NCBI GenBank assembly: GCA_030390025.1
Contig: CM059430.1
Span: forward strand, 62,124,001 to 62,188,000
Length of the DNA stretch: 64,000 nt
Source: Squalus acanthias
Taxonomy: Eukaryota
Direction of reading: 5' to 3'
Below, piece by piece: positions 48,959 to 61,380 of this stretch. The position numbers and the translations under genes were made by a program. The notes under the pieces are model-generated. The model had not been told where the DNA came from, ran no database searches, and saw nothing but the letters and a program-made list of their open reading frames with translations. Position 1 is the stretch's first letter, and every line of letters starts with the position of its first letter.

Positions 48959-50778
48959 ATGGAGAGGGTGAGAGAACGAGCTCAGCGCTTCACCGAGCGG
49001 GCCTTGGATGCTCTGGTTGGCGTGGTGGAGCGCAGAAGATCTATACTCTTCCCTGAGAGTGGCAGGAGGCCTTTGCCACGCGAGTACAGAAGAGTGTGGA
49101 GGGAGGTGGCTCAGAGCGTCTCCTCCAGGGGCATGGTGCCCAGGACCCATGTTCAATGCCGCAAAAAGTTCAACGACCTCACTCGGGTCGTCAGGGTGAG
49201 TGGCTTTTTCTCAATACCTCTCCATCCCTCCATCTCAACCTCACTCTATGGCCAGAGGGTCTTAAAACCCCAATGCACAACACTCATCCAACACCTATGG
49301 CCCATTCATTAAACACACACAGACATTCCACACTTTGCATACAGTAAGGGTTATTCACCTATGGGAGGCATATCAGGCAAGACCATGGCTGCATACAGTA
49401 AGGGCTATTCACCTATGGGAGGCACATCAGGCAAGACCATGGCTGTATATTTACTCAGATGCTGTCCTTTTACTTGCAGGCCAACATGGCGCATAATAGG
49501 AGACAACAGCAACGGACAGGTGGAGGGCGGCCTCAGCTGCAACGCCTCAGCGATCTTGAGGAGCGCGTCCACAGGATTGTGGCAAGCCGGGTGATCGGTC
49601 CCGTCGCCACTGGAGACGCCGACCCCGTTCTGGACAGCAATGGTAAGGTCATCACCTTTTTGTCCTCTGTCCTTCCACTTGTCCCTCACAACACCAGCCT
49701 TTGACACTTTCAATCCAACTTGCTAACTCGCTGCACTTATTCCTCCCTTACTGCCACCCTGTCCTCACGCTAAAGCCACTCTTGTACCTCCCTGCTTTCA
49801 GATGGTGATTCACCAGCTGAGGAGACGGGCCCTGAAGCTGCCAGTGGGAGTGAAGCTGCAGCCGAGGAGGAAGAGGAAGCCGGAGCATCAGTGCCACCCT
49901 CTCCCGAGGAAGCCCATGCCCACACTGGGAACACGCCTTCCCTGGAGGGGAGCAGGGGGGAAGGGTCTGATGAGGGTGAAGCTCCAGGACCCAGCGGGCT
50001 GCAGCAACGCCATGGGGGTAGGGAAGAACGGGGGCCTTCTCCCCAGAGGGAGAGTATGCCAGCGACTCCTACTGCAATGGACGCAGAGGAGGAGCGGCTG
50101 ATCGCAGAAATGAACACCCAGGCGGTGGGCATGCACACTGAGCTCATGGGTGCAGTGGGAAGGGTGCCCGAATGCATTGAGTCACTGGCAAGGAGTGTGG
50201 AGCACTTCGCTGTAGCACAGGCGGATGCCACACTAAAGCTTAGTGCTGCAATTCAGTCACTGACTGCCGTGATCCCATCTCTGACTGCTCTCATGCAGAC
50301 TCAGATTGAGGCCACGCAAGCACTGACTGCTGCCAACCTCGATGGTTCGTTCACATGTCCCCGGGGCTCTCACCGTGCCGCAGCAGGCCAGCAATCTGTG
50401 CTCCAGCAGATTGCTCCGGATGCTGAAGTGCTGCCCCTTGGGAGTGCCAGTGTGTCGGTCGAGCAGGGAGTTACTGTCCTCTCTCACAATGACAGCATTC
50501 CTGCTGCCAACACTGTCACTTCTCCACTGCACTTGCCACCGCCTGTAGGACAGACTGCTGCCGCCCATGCAGAGTTGGTGCAGTCTGCAGCCGGGCCCTC
50601 CAGGCCCAGAACTGTTCGAGGCCGTCCTTCAGGGGCATCTGCAGTGTCAGGGTCTGACAATCAGCAGCCTTCCACCAGCCTTGCTGCAGCCACTGAGGTC
50701 CCATTACGGAGGAGCAGTAGGGTTAGAAGGGGGGAAGTGCGCAAGGGAAGGATATCACCCTCGAACGGCAAAAAGTAG
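48959..50778 (+). CDS. Harbinger Myb/SANT-like DNA-binding protein, 3 exons (48959-49195, 49480-49642, 49802-50778), 458 aa, intact
   Basis: RERAQRFTERALDALV...WREVAQSVSS...PRTHVQCRKKFNDL and RTGGG motifs; GT-AG introns; the spliced 1377 nt are open to TAG. Confidence 0.85.
49337..49444. repeat. 54-bp tandem duplication in Myb intron 1
   Basis: GCATACAGTAAGGG(T/C)TATTCACCTATGGGAGGCA(T/C)ATCAGGCAAGACCATGGCT x2. Confidence 0.9.
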
Positions 50779-51089
50779 GAGGTGTGACAAAATGCCGGTC
50801 ATTTTTTTATTAAAGGCCGAGGTTCGTGGTCCAACTTTTGTCTAGTGTTTTGGACATTATCTCCAGGTTGTGACAACCAGTTATGTTAATGACTGTTTTT
50901 TGTGTTTATTTCTATGAGTTTTTCATGAGGAAATGACACACACAGAGTTAGTAAAATAAATAAGTTTTTGTATTCAAAATATACATGTTTGGTGTTTGGA
51001 ATCATTGGTGCCTTGGCCAGCTTAGGGGTTGCGTGCTGGGTTCATTGATGTTGTTAGCAATGGCAGAAGCCATTTCCACAGCAGGGGCC

Positions 51090-52249
51090 CTAGAAGCGGC
51101 TTGCTATCAGCCGTTGACGGACGGCCCTTGCAGTTTCACAATAGTGGGCCGCCCTCCCGCCTGGTGCTGCTGAATATCATCCTCCTCGTCCTCTTCCTCC
51201 TCTTCCTCCTCCTCCTCTGGTGGTGCTCCAAGGCCTGGTGGCATTGGCTGGGTCCTGACGATTGCCATGTTATGCAACATGCAGCACACAATTACGAAGT
51301 TGGATACTCGCTCATGCGAGTACTGCAGGGCTCCTCCAGAATGGTCGAGACAGCGGAACCGTTGCTTCAGCACGCCGATTGTGCGCTCAATGATGTTCCT
51401 GGTAGCTTGATGGCTCTCGTTGTACCGCAGCTCAGCAGGGATGTTGGGCGTACGGAGCGGTGTCATCAGCCAGGTGCTCAATGGATACCCCTTGTCCCCG
51501 AGAAGCCAACCAACTGGCTGATGCGGTGCCTCGAAAAGTTCTGCCACAGTAGTCTGGCGCAGGATGAAAGCATCGTGGCAGCTGCCAGGATAGTGGGCAT
51601 TGACAGCGAGTATCAGCTGTCTGTGGTCACAGACCAACTGAACATTCTAGGAATGGGACCCCTTTCTGTTCCGGAAATCCTCGGCATTCTCATGTGGAGC
51701 ACGCAAAGCCACATGCGTGCAGTCAATGGCGCCCTGCACCATGGGGAAGCCCGCTATCCTCGCAAAGCCCAGAGCACGGTCACGCTGCTTGTATGGGGTC
51801 ATGGGGAAAGAGATGAACTCTCGTCTCCTTTTAAAGAGGGCATTTGTGACCTGCCGGATGCAGCAATGCACCGCGAACTGGGAGATATTGGCGAGGTCCC
51901 CAGCAGCAGCTTGAAATGAGCCAGTAGCATAGAAATTGAGAGCCACTGTGACCTTCACTGCCACCGACAGAGACGTCCTGGACCTCAGTTGAGGCTGCAG
52001 ATCTGGCTGCAGCAGGTGGCAGAGCTCAGTGACCACCTCCTTGCTGAATCGCAGCCTTCGCAAACACAGCTCCTCAGACAAATGAATGTAGGAGAGCTGT
52101 TCACGATATACCCTGGGAGGGTAAGCTCTCCTCTACAGACGCCTGTTGGCCCTCCTCCGTCTGGCCATCATTGCCACTCTCTCTCTGCGTCTCTGTGTCC
52201 TCCGATTCAGCTGGAGCAGGACGACGCCCCAATTCAGTGCAGCCCCCAT
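51090..52249 (-). pseudogene. Harbinger DDE transposase (HARBI1-like) with 2 nonsense codons and a likely C-terminal frameshift
   Basis: [48 protein letters not shown]; in-frame TAG at 52133-52135 and 51647-51649. Confidence 0.92.
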
Positions 52250-52928
52250 AGTCTCTTTGCAAGCAAAGTAATGAAGGACAGCAACCAAAGCACCAGCGAA
52301 GTTAGGATCAGTAGGCAAAACTACCTCACAAAGCGTTGACTTAATGCAGAAGTCTCTCTTTCTCTCTCTCCGAATCTCTCTCTCTCTCTCTCAGAACGTG
52401 TGGGGCAAAAATGTCAACCACAGAAAAAGACAGGAAGAGGCCCCCTTTAAATAGCGCCCCCCCCCCCAGCCCCACAGCGATTGATAGCGTTCCAGTCTTC
52501 CGGCCGTTGGATGCGCCAGGCGGTAAGGCAGGGGGCGCCACTCAATTTCCGCTCCGGGGCGCCACAAGGGCGTTGCGCCATGGAATGACGTCACAATCTG
52601 CGCGCGCAGGTGGTCGCAGCGGTAAAGTTTAGCGCCGCCGCACAATGTCTAGTTAAGTTCCCGAGCGGCGCAAACATCGCTGCGCCCGGGCGCTAGCTGC
52701 TTTGCGCCCCATTAGCGCCCTCTTAAGGCGCTAACGGGAGGCGCAACCAACTGAATTTTTCCCCCTATAAAGGCCACACCTGAAGTACTGTGTTCAGTTT
52801 TGTTGTCCTTTCCTAAGGAAGGATATAATTGCCTTACGGGGAGCGCAATGAAAGTTCACCAGACTAATTCCTGGGATGGGGGTTTGTCTTATGATGAGAG
52901 ATTGAGGAGACTAGGCCTAAAATAACAA

Positions 52929-55298
52929 GGGGTAGAAATTCATTATAGCCCAGGAATGGGCACAAACTTCTGAAAACTTTGAGATTGAGCGCCAAGAACT
53001 AATGCAACTCGCTGCATGCTAACTTAAGTGTTAGCGCTCGAAGAAAGGACTAGAATGCTACCTCAAGCGTTAATGACCTGGCTCTGTGGCATTAGACTCA
53101 ATGTGCTAAGCAATTGCATGTGCAGTCAAATCGCTAGTCATCATTGCCACAGGCTCTTTCCAGTTCAATCATGCTGCAAAACTTCATTCTCAGCATTGCT
53201 GGTTCTGCAGCTTTCTCAGCAAGCAGCAGAAGGAGAAGGAGAAGGAACTGGACCGCTGAAGGAGGTGTCATTATGGCAGATTAACGGTCTAGAGAGAGAG
53301 CTCGGAGATTCTTAGACCAAGGATTGGAGGCCTTGATCCTCGCTGTGGAAAGACAGAGGGTGGTGCTATACCAGTCAAGTGTCAGGATGCCCTCGCCGCA
53401 AGTATTCAGTGCCATGTGGAGGGAGATAACCCAGCAGGTCTTGGGCAGCACTGTGGTCCCCAGGACCCAAACACAGTGCAGGAAGAAATTTAACGACCTC
53501 ACTCGGGTCGTCAGGGTGAGTCAATGCTTCAACAAATGCTACATCCCACCATCTGAACCTCAGTCTGCACAAACTGCCCAAAGCACTGCACACCCAGCAC
53601 TCACACACCAACCGTCTGCAACTCCCAACACTCACACCTGCATCTCACAGCTTGGACACAATGACAGCTACTCAACTATGGCAGGCACATCTCCCAAACA
53701 CATTGCTCCACACTACTCACACACTTTCCTTTCTCATGCAGGCCAAGGTGGCTCACAACAGGATAGAGCAGGAGTGCACAGGCGGGAGGCAACCTGACAC
53801 CCAACCACTTCTGAGCTGGTGGAAAGAGTGCTCAAATCATCGGGCGCCAGGTGGTGGACGTCGTGGCCACCGGCGATGTTGACCCCCTTGGGGACATCAA
53901 CGGTATGTTTATCCCTACTCCTGCTTGTCACATCTCACTTCACACTCACCCCACAAGCCTTTCCCACTTTCCAAGCTAATCATGCTGTATGCATGCCTTT
54001 CTCCCTTCCTGATCACTCCCCTCACCTTAAACCGACTCTTGGGGTTGCGGAGGGGTGTCATGAGCCAGGTGGAGATCAGTTAGTCCTGTCTCCGACCATC
54101 CATCCATGAGCTTGATATGATGGCTGGAAGAGTGCAGGTACACCAGTCCTGCAAAGGATGAAGGCATTGTGGCTGCTGCCAGGATAGCGGGCATTCACAT
54201 TGAGGATTCGCTGCCTGTGGTCGCACACCAACTGCACATTAATTAATTGTTTTCCTTTGCGGTAATGGAAGAGCTCAGGATTGTTATGCGGTGCCCACAA
54301 AGCCACATGGATGCAGTAAATGGTGCTATCCCGGCAAAGCCACATGCACGTTCATCCGGCTTCTCTCTGGTGATGGGGAAGGAAATGTAGTCCCTTTTCG
54401 GACTGTAGAGAGCCTCTGTGACCTCCCGAATGCAAGGATGGATTTTTGCGATACCTTCTGTTACAGACTGGAATGAACCGCTGGTGAACAAATTGAGGGT
54501 TACGGTGACGTTGGCTGCCACTAAATAAGCCGTGGTCGACCTGATCTGAGGCTCGAGGTCTGGTTGCAGGAGGTAGCAGAGTTTGGTGAGCACATCCTGA
54601 AGTGAGGCCTTCTAATGCACGGCTCCTCACTTAATTGGAGGTAGGAGAAGGGCTCTCTAGAATACCCTCCGAGGGTAAGACCTCTTGTTGAGAGCCCTGA
54701 TGGCCCACCTCCTCCCTCTGGCCACATCTTGCAATCTTTCTCGCTGCCTCTACTCCCTCCCCAGTAGATCCTGGAGGACGAGATCGACTACCAGTACAGC
54801 CCCCATTAATGTAACGATGTGTTGCACTTTGAAATTTTGTCACAATAAATTTAACAAATTTTTACTTGACACATTACTCCTGATACTAAAGTACCTTTAA
54901 ATGACTGAATTAAACTCTTGCACAATTGCAAACTGACAAGGAAGCAGTGAAACAGTACTAACCTGACAGCTGTGACTCATCAATTTAAATAACGACACCG
55001 GAGTCGCCAACAGCCTAACACGCCTCCTCTTCCTGTCATTGTTGGGGCGAGGAGCTAAGGCATGGGGTGATAATCAATTTGGCAGATAGGGTGCTCAGTG
55101 AGCGTTGCACGCTCATTAGCATCATGATCTGCATGGCGCTAAAGCCCCAGGTGCTAACTGTTAGCAGCGGCGCTAAGGGGCGACTGGATTTGGTGTGCGG
55201 TGCTGGATCCACCTCACCCCGGCGCTACTTCATTAGCCTCCAGTTAGCGCCCGTGACAGGTGCAAACGGGAGAGGCTGAACAACTAAATTTCTCCCCC
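52929..55298. mobile_element. Second Harbinger, internally deleted and decayed
   Basis: TIR GGGGTAGAAATT / AATTTCTCCCCC with flanks CAA/CTA; Myb exons 1-2 (PRTQTQCRKKFNDL, 53273-53902) and transposase N-terminal two-thirds ([17 protein letters not shown], ~54040-54800 minus); the 3' ends of both genes are deleted. Confidence 0.88.
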
Positions 55299-55716
55299 CT
55301 AGTATTTAGAAGAATGAGCGATGAGAGTTGATCTCTTTGAAACAGATACATTTCTTACAGGGCATGACAGGGTAGATACTGGGAAGATGTTTCCCCTGGC
55401 TGGGGAGTCTAGAGCTAGGGTTCAGAGTCTCAGAATAAGGGGTCGGCTACTTAGGACTGAGATGAGGAGAAATTTCTTTACTCAAAGGGTTGTGGATCTT
55501 TGGAATTCTCTACCCAGAGGGCTGTGGATGTTCAGTCGTTGAATATATTCAAGACAGAGATCGATTGGTTTTTGGCTACTAATGGAATCATGGGATATGG
55601 GGATTATTGCGGGAAGGTGAAGTTCAGGTAGAAAATCAGACATGATCTTATTGAATGACGGAGCAGGCTCAAAGGTCCGATTGGCCTACTCCTGCTTCTA
55701 TTGTTATGTTCTTATG
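55299..55716 (+). mobile_element. CR1 3' fragment, continuing 48577-48600 and 52770-52928
   Basis: MFPLAGESRAR...MRRNFFTQRVV; collinear CR1 sequence across both Harbinger insertions. Confidence 0.85.
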
Positions 55717-56269
55717 CTCTTTTGGGAACAGCATCAACTCCAAAATTCTCTCCAAGTCACACACCATCTCTACGTAAACATATATTGTGCTTCCTGCTTC
55801 ATCGCATAGTCAGAATACTGGAAGTCCCTCCCTCCCTAGGAGTAACTTCACCAGACAGACTGCGCGGTTCAAGAAGAAGGTCCATCACCACCATCTCAAG
55901 GGCAAATAATGATGAACAATGAATTCCTGCCTTGCCAACGAAGCTGACACCCCGTTAATGAGTTAAACAAACTGCTGTTTATTATAAGAGAATTCATTTT
56001 TCATTAATTTCTATTTACATCCATTTTCATCACACGGCCACGGCCACTGATGGATACGTAAACTAGATTATTTTAAATATGTTATCATAAAGCAAATGTT
56101 TCGTTACACATCTATTTATATATGAGTTGCGCAATTCTCAAGCTCTAGCCTTCCATGCACAGTAGTATATCTATTGTTGCCCTTTCATCGTGAATAAGAA
56201 GTCATCAATAATTGAATTATATTAGAAATCCATACAGGTTTGATTTCTGCCTCTATCTACCGTCAGTAT

Positions 56270-56660
56270 TGTAGTACTGAAGGAATGCTGCATTGTCCCT
56301 CAAGCCTAACCCAAACCTCATCTTTCGGACGAGCCCTTAAACTTAGACCCTCTTTCCCTGTTCTGGCCGTTCTGCTGTATGTAAAATACCCCACTGTATT
56401 ACTTGGAATAAGAACAGGGAGATCTTCCGATGACGCGGCCAGCATTCTGCCCGCAACACTGAGGCCTTAAAATAAATTAATTCATCAAGGAGATTATACA
56501 CCTACTTTCCTGTCTGTGGGGCATTTTGTACAAATTGGCTGCCCAATTGCCAGGATAAGAACAATGACTGCGCTTCAAAAATAACTAATTGACCGTGAAG
56601 GGCTTTGGGATGTCGCGAGCAGGTGAGTAAGGCACCATATCAATGAAAATTCTTTATTTT
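56270..56660 (+). mobile_element. Degraded Deu-domain SINE
   Basis: CAAATTGGCTGCC...TGACTGCGCTTCAAAA...GCTTTGGGATGTC, similar to 1325-1588. Confidence 0.55.
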
Positions 56661-57214
56661 GCTTTCAAGTAGTGAGCGTATGGACGGGCATCCAATAACG
56701 TTCCTAAATCGACTCCGTTTTCTGCATTTGTACAATTCCTTAACTACCCGATTTTAATTTGAGATATTTTAAATATTAATTAAGACTGAATATTAAATAT
56801 TTCAGATAATTTTTAATGCAAATGAAGGTTACTAATATGAGGCCTAAACCAAACAGTGAGAGGCTTGGTGATAATTTAAGCAGGAAGCAACCAGGGAAAG
56901 TGATGTCATCATGTCGCAAACAGATATCGTCGAGTCGTCAAGCCCACAGTTTCTCACACGGAAACTACAGCCATTGAATTAGCTTGCGATAAATGTTCAT
57001 GTTAAAGTATATTCTAAACAAAATATCATAACTGTAATTAACATCAGGAAAAGTAGCTAAGGCCACCCATTCTCCATCCAATTCTTCCACCTCCTCAAAG
57101 TGGTGATTCCTGATGGAGAGCATTGTACGATTTCCGCGGTGCTGGCTTCTCACCAAAGTGGTTTCTTCGAGTGTGAAACTTTACCATCAATGCCAACTGG
57201 CTCGCGTGCGCGTG

Positions 57215-57264
57215 AGTGTGTATACGTGAGTGTGTGTGCATGTATGTGTGTGTGTGTGTGTGTG
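57215..57264. repeat. (TG)n microsatellite
   Basis: Imperfect TG run. Confidence 0.9.
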
Positions 57265-57629
57265 TTCGGGAGGTTATTGAACTGAACCAATGTAATCCTC
57301 AGCTGAGACCTACAGGTGGAAGACACTGGCGAGCGATCACGAATGGAAACTCCATGAAATACTCCGTCTTATTGGCCTAGAGGAGACCAGTTGGAGCGCT
57401 CTACTGTTGACAGATTAAAATTAGCTACTTCAGCACAGACGAGATATTGAAACGGAGACCTTCCTGACCTATATACTGTTTTTCGATTACGTCGCTGTGA
57501 AGAGCCTTGGGACGTTTTCGTACTTTCAAGGAGCTATATAAATGCATATTGTTGCTTTTTGGTAGAGTATCACATCGCAAAGTGCATTCCTCAGCTAGTT
57601 GGAAGGGACATACAGCTGCCTTTTATACA

Positions 57630-57872
57630 CTTAGTGAAGCACTGGAGACGGAGCTGGCCATTCAACCCTTCGATCCTCTTCCGCGATGTAATTAGATCGT
57701 GGCTGAAATATACCTCTATCCCATTTCCTCGCTATTGCCCCATATCCCTTGAAACACTTTACCCAACAAGTATCTATAGATCTAAAATTGACAATTTTAA
57801 TTGACCCAACAGCCACAGCCTTTTGAGAGAGACAGTTCTAGATTTCCAGTATCCACTGCGTGAAGAAGTGTG
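57630..57872 (-). mobile_element. CR1 3' end fragment
   Basis: Reverse-complement ...KGYG...W ORF end and 3' UTR. Confidence 0.7.
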
Positions 57873-58199
57873 CATGCAACACGTGAACATTTTAAATATT
57901 TCTGATTTATTTATTTCACTTGCGCTGGCCTAGTGTAGGAATTGGTTGGCTTCACTATTTTTTTAATCTACACCACAGTTGCTTATGCTTTCATTTTATA
58001 AATAATATTATCTCATCGCAATGTCATGTCAATGAAGTTACAATATGGAGAGCTGCTTTCTTGATATATAACTTTCTACTATATTCTTCTGCAGCTTGTG
58101 AAATTTATCTCATTTCTATTTACAAAGAACAAGTTGCATTCATATAGTACATTTACATTAGCAAATGTTCCAAAGCGGTTTACAGCTGGACGTCAGATC

Positions 58200-60350
58200 C
58201 AAGCTGTAGCAAAAAACACAAGAAATATAAAAACTGATTTTAATAGCTTTCACAAGAATGTAAGGCCTAAGAGATTAGCGAAAGTAAACGTGGGTTCCTT
58301 TGAGGCATAGACAGGATAAATTATAATAGGAAATAAAGAAATGGCAGAGATGGTAAACAAATATGTTGTATCTAACTTCACAGTAGAGGATGCAAAGAAC
58401 ATACCGGAAATTTTAGGGAACCTAATGTCTAATGAGAGTGAGGAACCTAAATTTATTAATATTAGTAAAGATAAAGTACTGGAGCAATTAATTGGACTAA
58501 AATCCGACAAATCCTCTGGACTGCATTGTGGAGTTTTAAAAGAGGTGGTTGCAGAGATAGTGGATTCATTGACCGACACATCCCCTGGACTATATTGTGG
58601 AGTTTTGAAAGAGGTAGTTGCAGAGACAATGGATGCATTGGTTTTGATCTTCCAGAATTCGCTAGATTCTAGAACTGGACCTGTGGATTGAAAGGTAGCA
58701 AATGTATCCACGCTTTTCAAGAAAGTAGTGAGTGAGAAACCACGGGCTATAGGCCATTCAACATGAAATCAGTAGTAGCGAAAATTCTAGAATCAATTAT
58801 TAAGGAATTGGAAAATAACAATGGCGCAGATATTCTGATCCCTATGAGTGGTTACGCGCTGTGCACCCACCCGTAGGGACATCAGAAATGCCAGTTTCAG
58901 AATCCTCTTGACAGATCCTCCGGCTGCCCTAGATAAGGGCCTCTGCGAGCGAATAGTTTCACTTTTTGGAGACCCTCCGCCCGCAGAAAACCCTTACAAT
59001 TCTTACGACTGTTACAAAAAAATGTTTTCACTGATTTATCATTTAAAAATACTTTAAGAAAGGTAAGTTTATGTTTAGCCCTGTAAAATACTATAATTAT
59101 TGTTTTCAAAAGATTACATTTTTGTTTAAAATACTTAATTTATTGTAATTTCCAGTCATTTCAAAAAATGTGATTTAAAAAAAAATGTATTTAAAGTTTT
59201 GCTATGTTTTTTCATTGATCTCCATTCATATATTTGAAAGGTCATCCTGTCAAATGTATGAAGGGAGATTCCCTTCTGTGATTGGCTCCCCATGGCCCAC
59301 GTGATTCCAGTGATGCTGCGAACTACATGCGCCTCTGGGATACCTGGGCCCTGCGCACTTGGAGCTTGGTGAGGCCCAGCATCGGAACTGTGCGCGTCCC
59401 GGGAGCCCTCAGGTAAGGGCTCAGATTTTTCCAGATCGCAGGCCTTCACCCGCGGGAGGCCTGCGATCGGAAAATACGGGTCAATATGATTATGCAGAGT
59501 CAACACAATTTTCCGAAATGAAAACTGTGTATGACAAATCTATTAGTTTCCTTTGGGGTGTAACTAGCAGGGTAGATAAGGGGAAACCAGTGTGTGCAGT
59601 ATATTTGGATTTCCTGAAGGCATTCGATAAGGTGCCACACAAGAGGTTGTTACACGAGATTAGGCTCATGGGACTTGGGGGTATGATATTACCATGGATT
59701 GAGGATTGGTTAAAGGCCAGAAAACAGAGAGTAGGTCATTTTTGGCAAATGGTATGATCGTCTTTCTTGCAAGTGGGCTGGATTATATAAGTAAGGAAGG
59801 CTTGCTCCAATTTTATAGTGCATTGGTGAGACCGCACCTGGAGTACTGTGTACAGTTTTGGTCTCCTTACCTAAGGAAGGATATACTTGCCTTAGAGGGT
59901 GCAATAAAGGTTCCCTAGCTTGATTCCTGGGATGGGAGTGCTGTCCTCTGAGGAAAGGTTGACCAGAATGGGTCTATATTCTCTGGAGTTATTTTGAAAC
60001 GTATAAAATTCATAGAGGGCTTGACAGTGTAGATGCTGAGAGACTGTTTTCCCTGGCTGGAGAGTCTAGAACTAGGGATCATATTTTCTGGATAAGAGTC
60101 GGCCATTTAGGACTGCGATGAGGAGAAATTCCTTACTCAGAGGGTTGTGAATCTGTGGAATTCTCTACCTGAGAGGGCAGTTGATTCTCAGTCGATGTGT
60201 ATATCAAGACTGAGATCGATAGATTTTTGGGCATTAAGGGAATCAAGGGATATGGGGATCGGTCGGGAAAGTGGAGTTGACGTAGAATTTCAGCTATGAA
60301 CTTATTGCATGTTCGAGGGGCTGTTTGGCCTATTCCTGCTCCTATTTCCT
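58200..60350 (+). mobile_element. CR1 LINE fragment, decayed, with a nested MITE and a 69-bp internal duplication (58504-58641)
   Basis: YLDFLKAFDKVPH and RPHLEYCVQFWSPYL; duplicated GLHCGVLKEVVAE / GLYCGVLKEVVAE. Confidence 0.88.
58823..59484. mobile_element. MITE of the 4841-5551 family, nested in CR1
   Basis: Shares the hairpin (59225-59262) and ATTGG...CCATGGCCCACGTGA core; CR1 sequence resumes on both sides. Confidence 0.7.
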
Positions 60351-61380
60351 AGAAGGACTTTGGAGGAGCTGGTCCGTGGTTCCATCCCAGAGTTCAGTTT
60401 GATAGTGGACAAGATGCAGTAGGGCAGAATGTTTTGGAAGAGAAGTAAATAGTGCCGAATTCCAGATGACTGAGGACTCTGCCACAGATGGTAGGGTATG
60501 GGGGAGGATGGAATGTGTGGACTTGGAAAGCCTAAAATGAGAGCAAGGGTGAAGGAAGGATGGAGTGCAGTGATATTATGGAGGCATTTGTAGATAAGGA
60601 TGAGGAATGTGAAGTCTACCCCTGGAGGCACAGGGGCTCATTATTGTTGTCCTAAATAATGTTCTGATGTTCACTTCAGAAGTAATGAATTCAGTCTTCT
60701 TGTTATAATTATTTTAATCTTTAACTTCAGCATAACAAGCAATTTACAATCAGAGTTTAGTCACAAATAAAGCACGTAAACCTAGACAGGTCCTTTCTCA
60801 TGCTGCTTGAAGAAAGGAACAAACTTATATATACGTTGTTTTCTTATCAAACTGGAACTGGCTTTGCCTAATATGGAAGTCTCCTGCTACTGCATAGTCT
60901 AGAGAAACAAGTCTACACTTTCTTCAACATACATCAACAATGTTAGATACACGTAAAACACCTTGCTGTGATAAGCACAGCACTTCTAGTCTCTAGACAT
61001 TCTTAACATTACAATTCTAATCTAAATATTCTATTATAAACATATCCAAGGCCGGTTGGTTACAAACGCTGGTTGTTGCTAAGTGAAATCTGTATCTCTC
61101 TCACTCTCTCTCTAATGATGCCAACCATATGTTTCCCTATATTGAATGAACTAAACATGAACACCTTTTGGAAGCTGATTCAACCGAGTTCTATATGGCA
61201 ACAATTATTCAGAGGGGATATTGGTGATTGGCAATTAGCAAGTTAAGATTGTCAAACTGGAGGTCTCAATCAGTGCTTGGAGGTTGGAACTTAGAGACTG
61301 GCTGTGAGGGCCTTGGGAAAGTCCAGTCTGCAGGTGGCAAAGTTGCGGATGAGAGGTTTCGTGGCAGTGAAGATGAAATA

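Larger units (their letters stand above)
48601..52765. mobile_element. Harbinger/PIF DNA transposon, full length, with convergent Myb/SANT and transposase genes
   Basis: Perfect 12-bp TIR GGGGGAAAAATT; TATA on both flanks; inserted in a CR1 fragment (48577-48600 continues at 52770). Confidence 0.93.

Noticed and set aside
51029-51919. 296-aa + strand ORF with a hydrophobic stretch
   Set aside because: Antisense shadow of the Harbinger transposase; the apparent TM is the complement of the poly-Glu/Asp codons.
51090-52249. Host HARBI1 gene
   Set aside because: It lies within TIRs next to a Myb partner and contains stops, so it is a transposon copy.
56965-57156. 63-aa minus ORF in unique sequence
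   Set aside because: No recognisable motif or convincing splice sites.
60701-61203. Possible solo LTR (TGTT...AACA)
   Set aside because: No matching TSD and no second copy in the window; cannot be supported.
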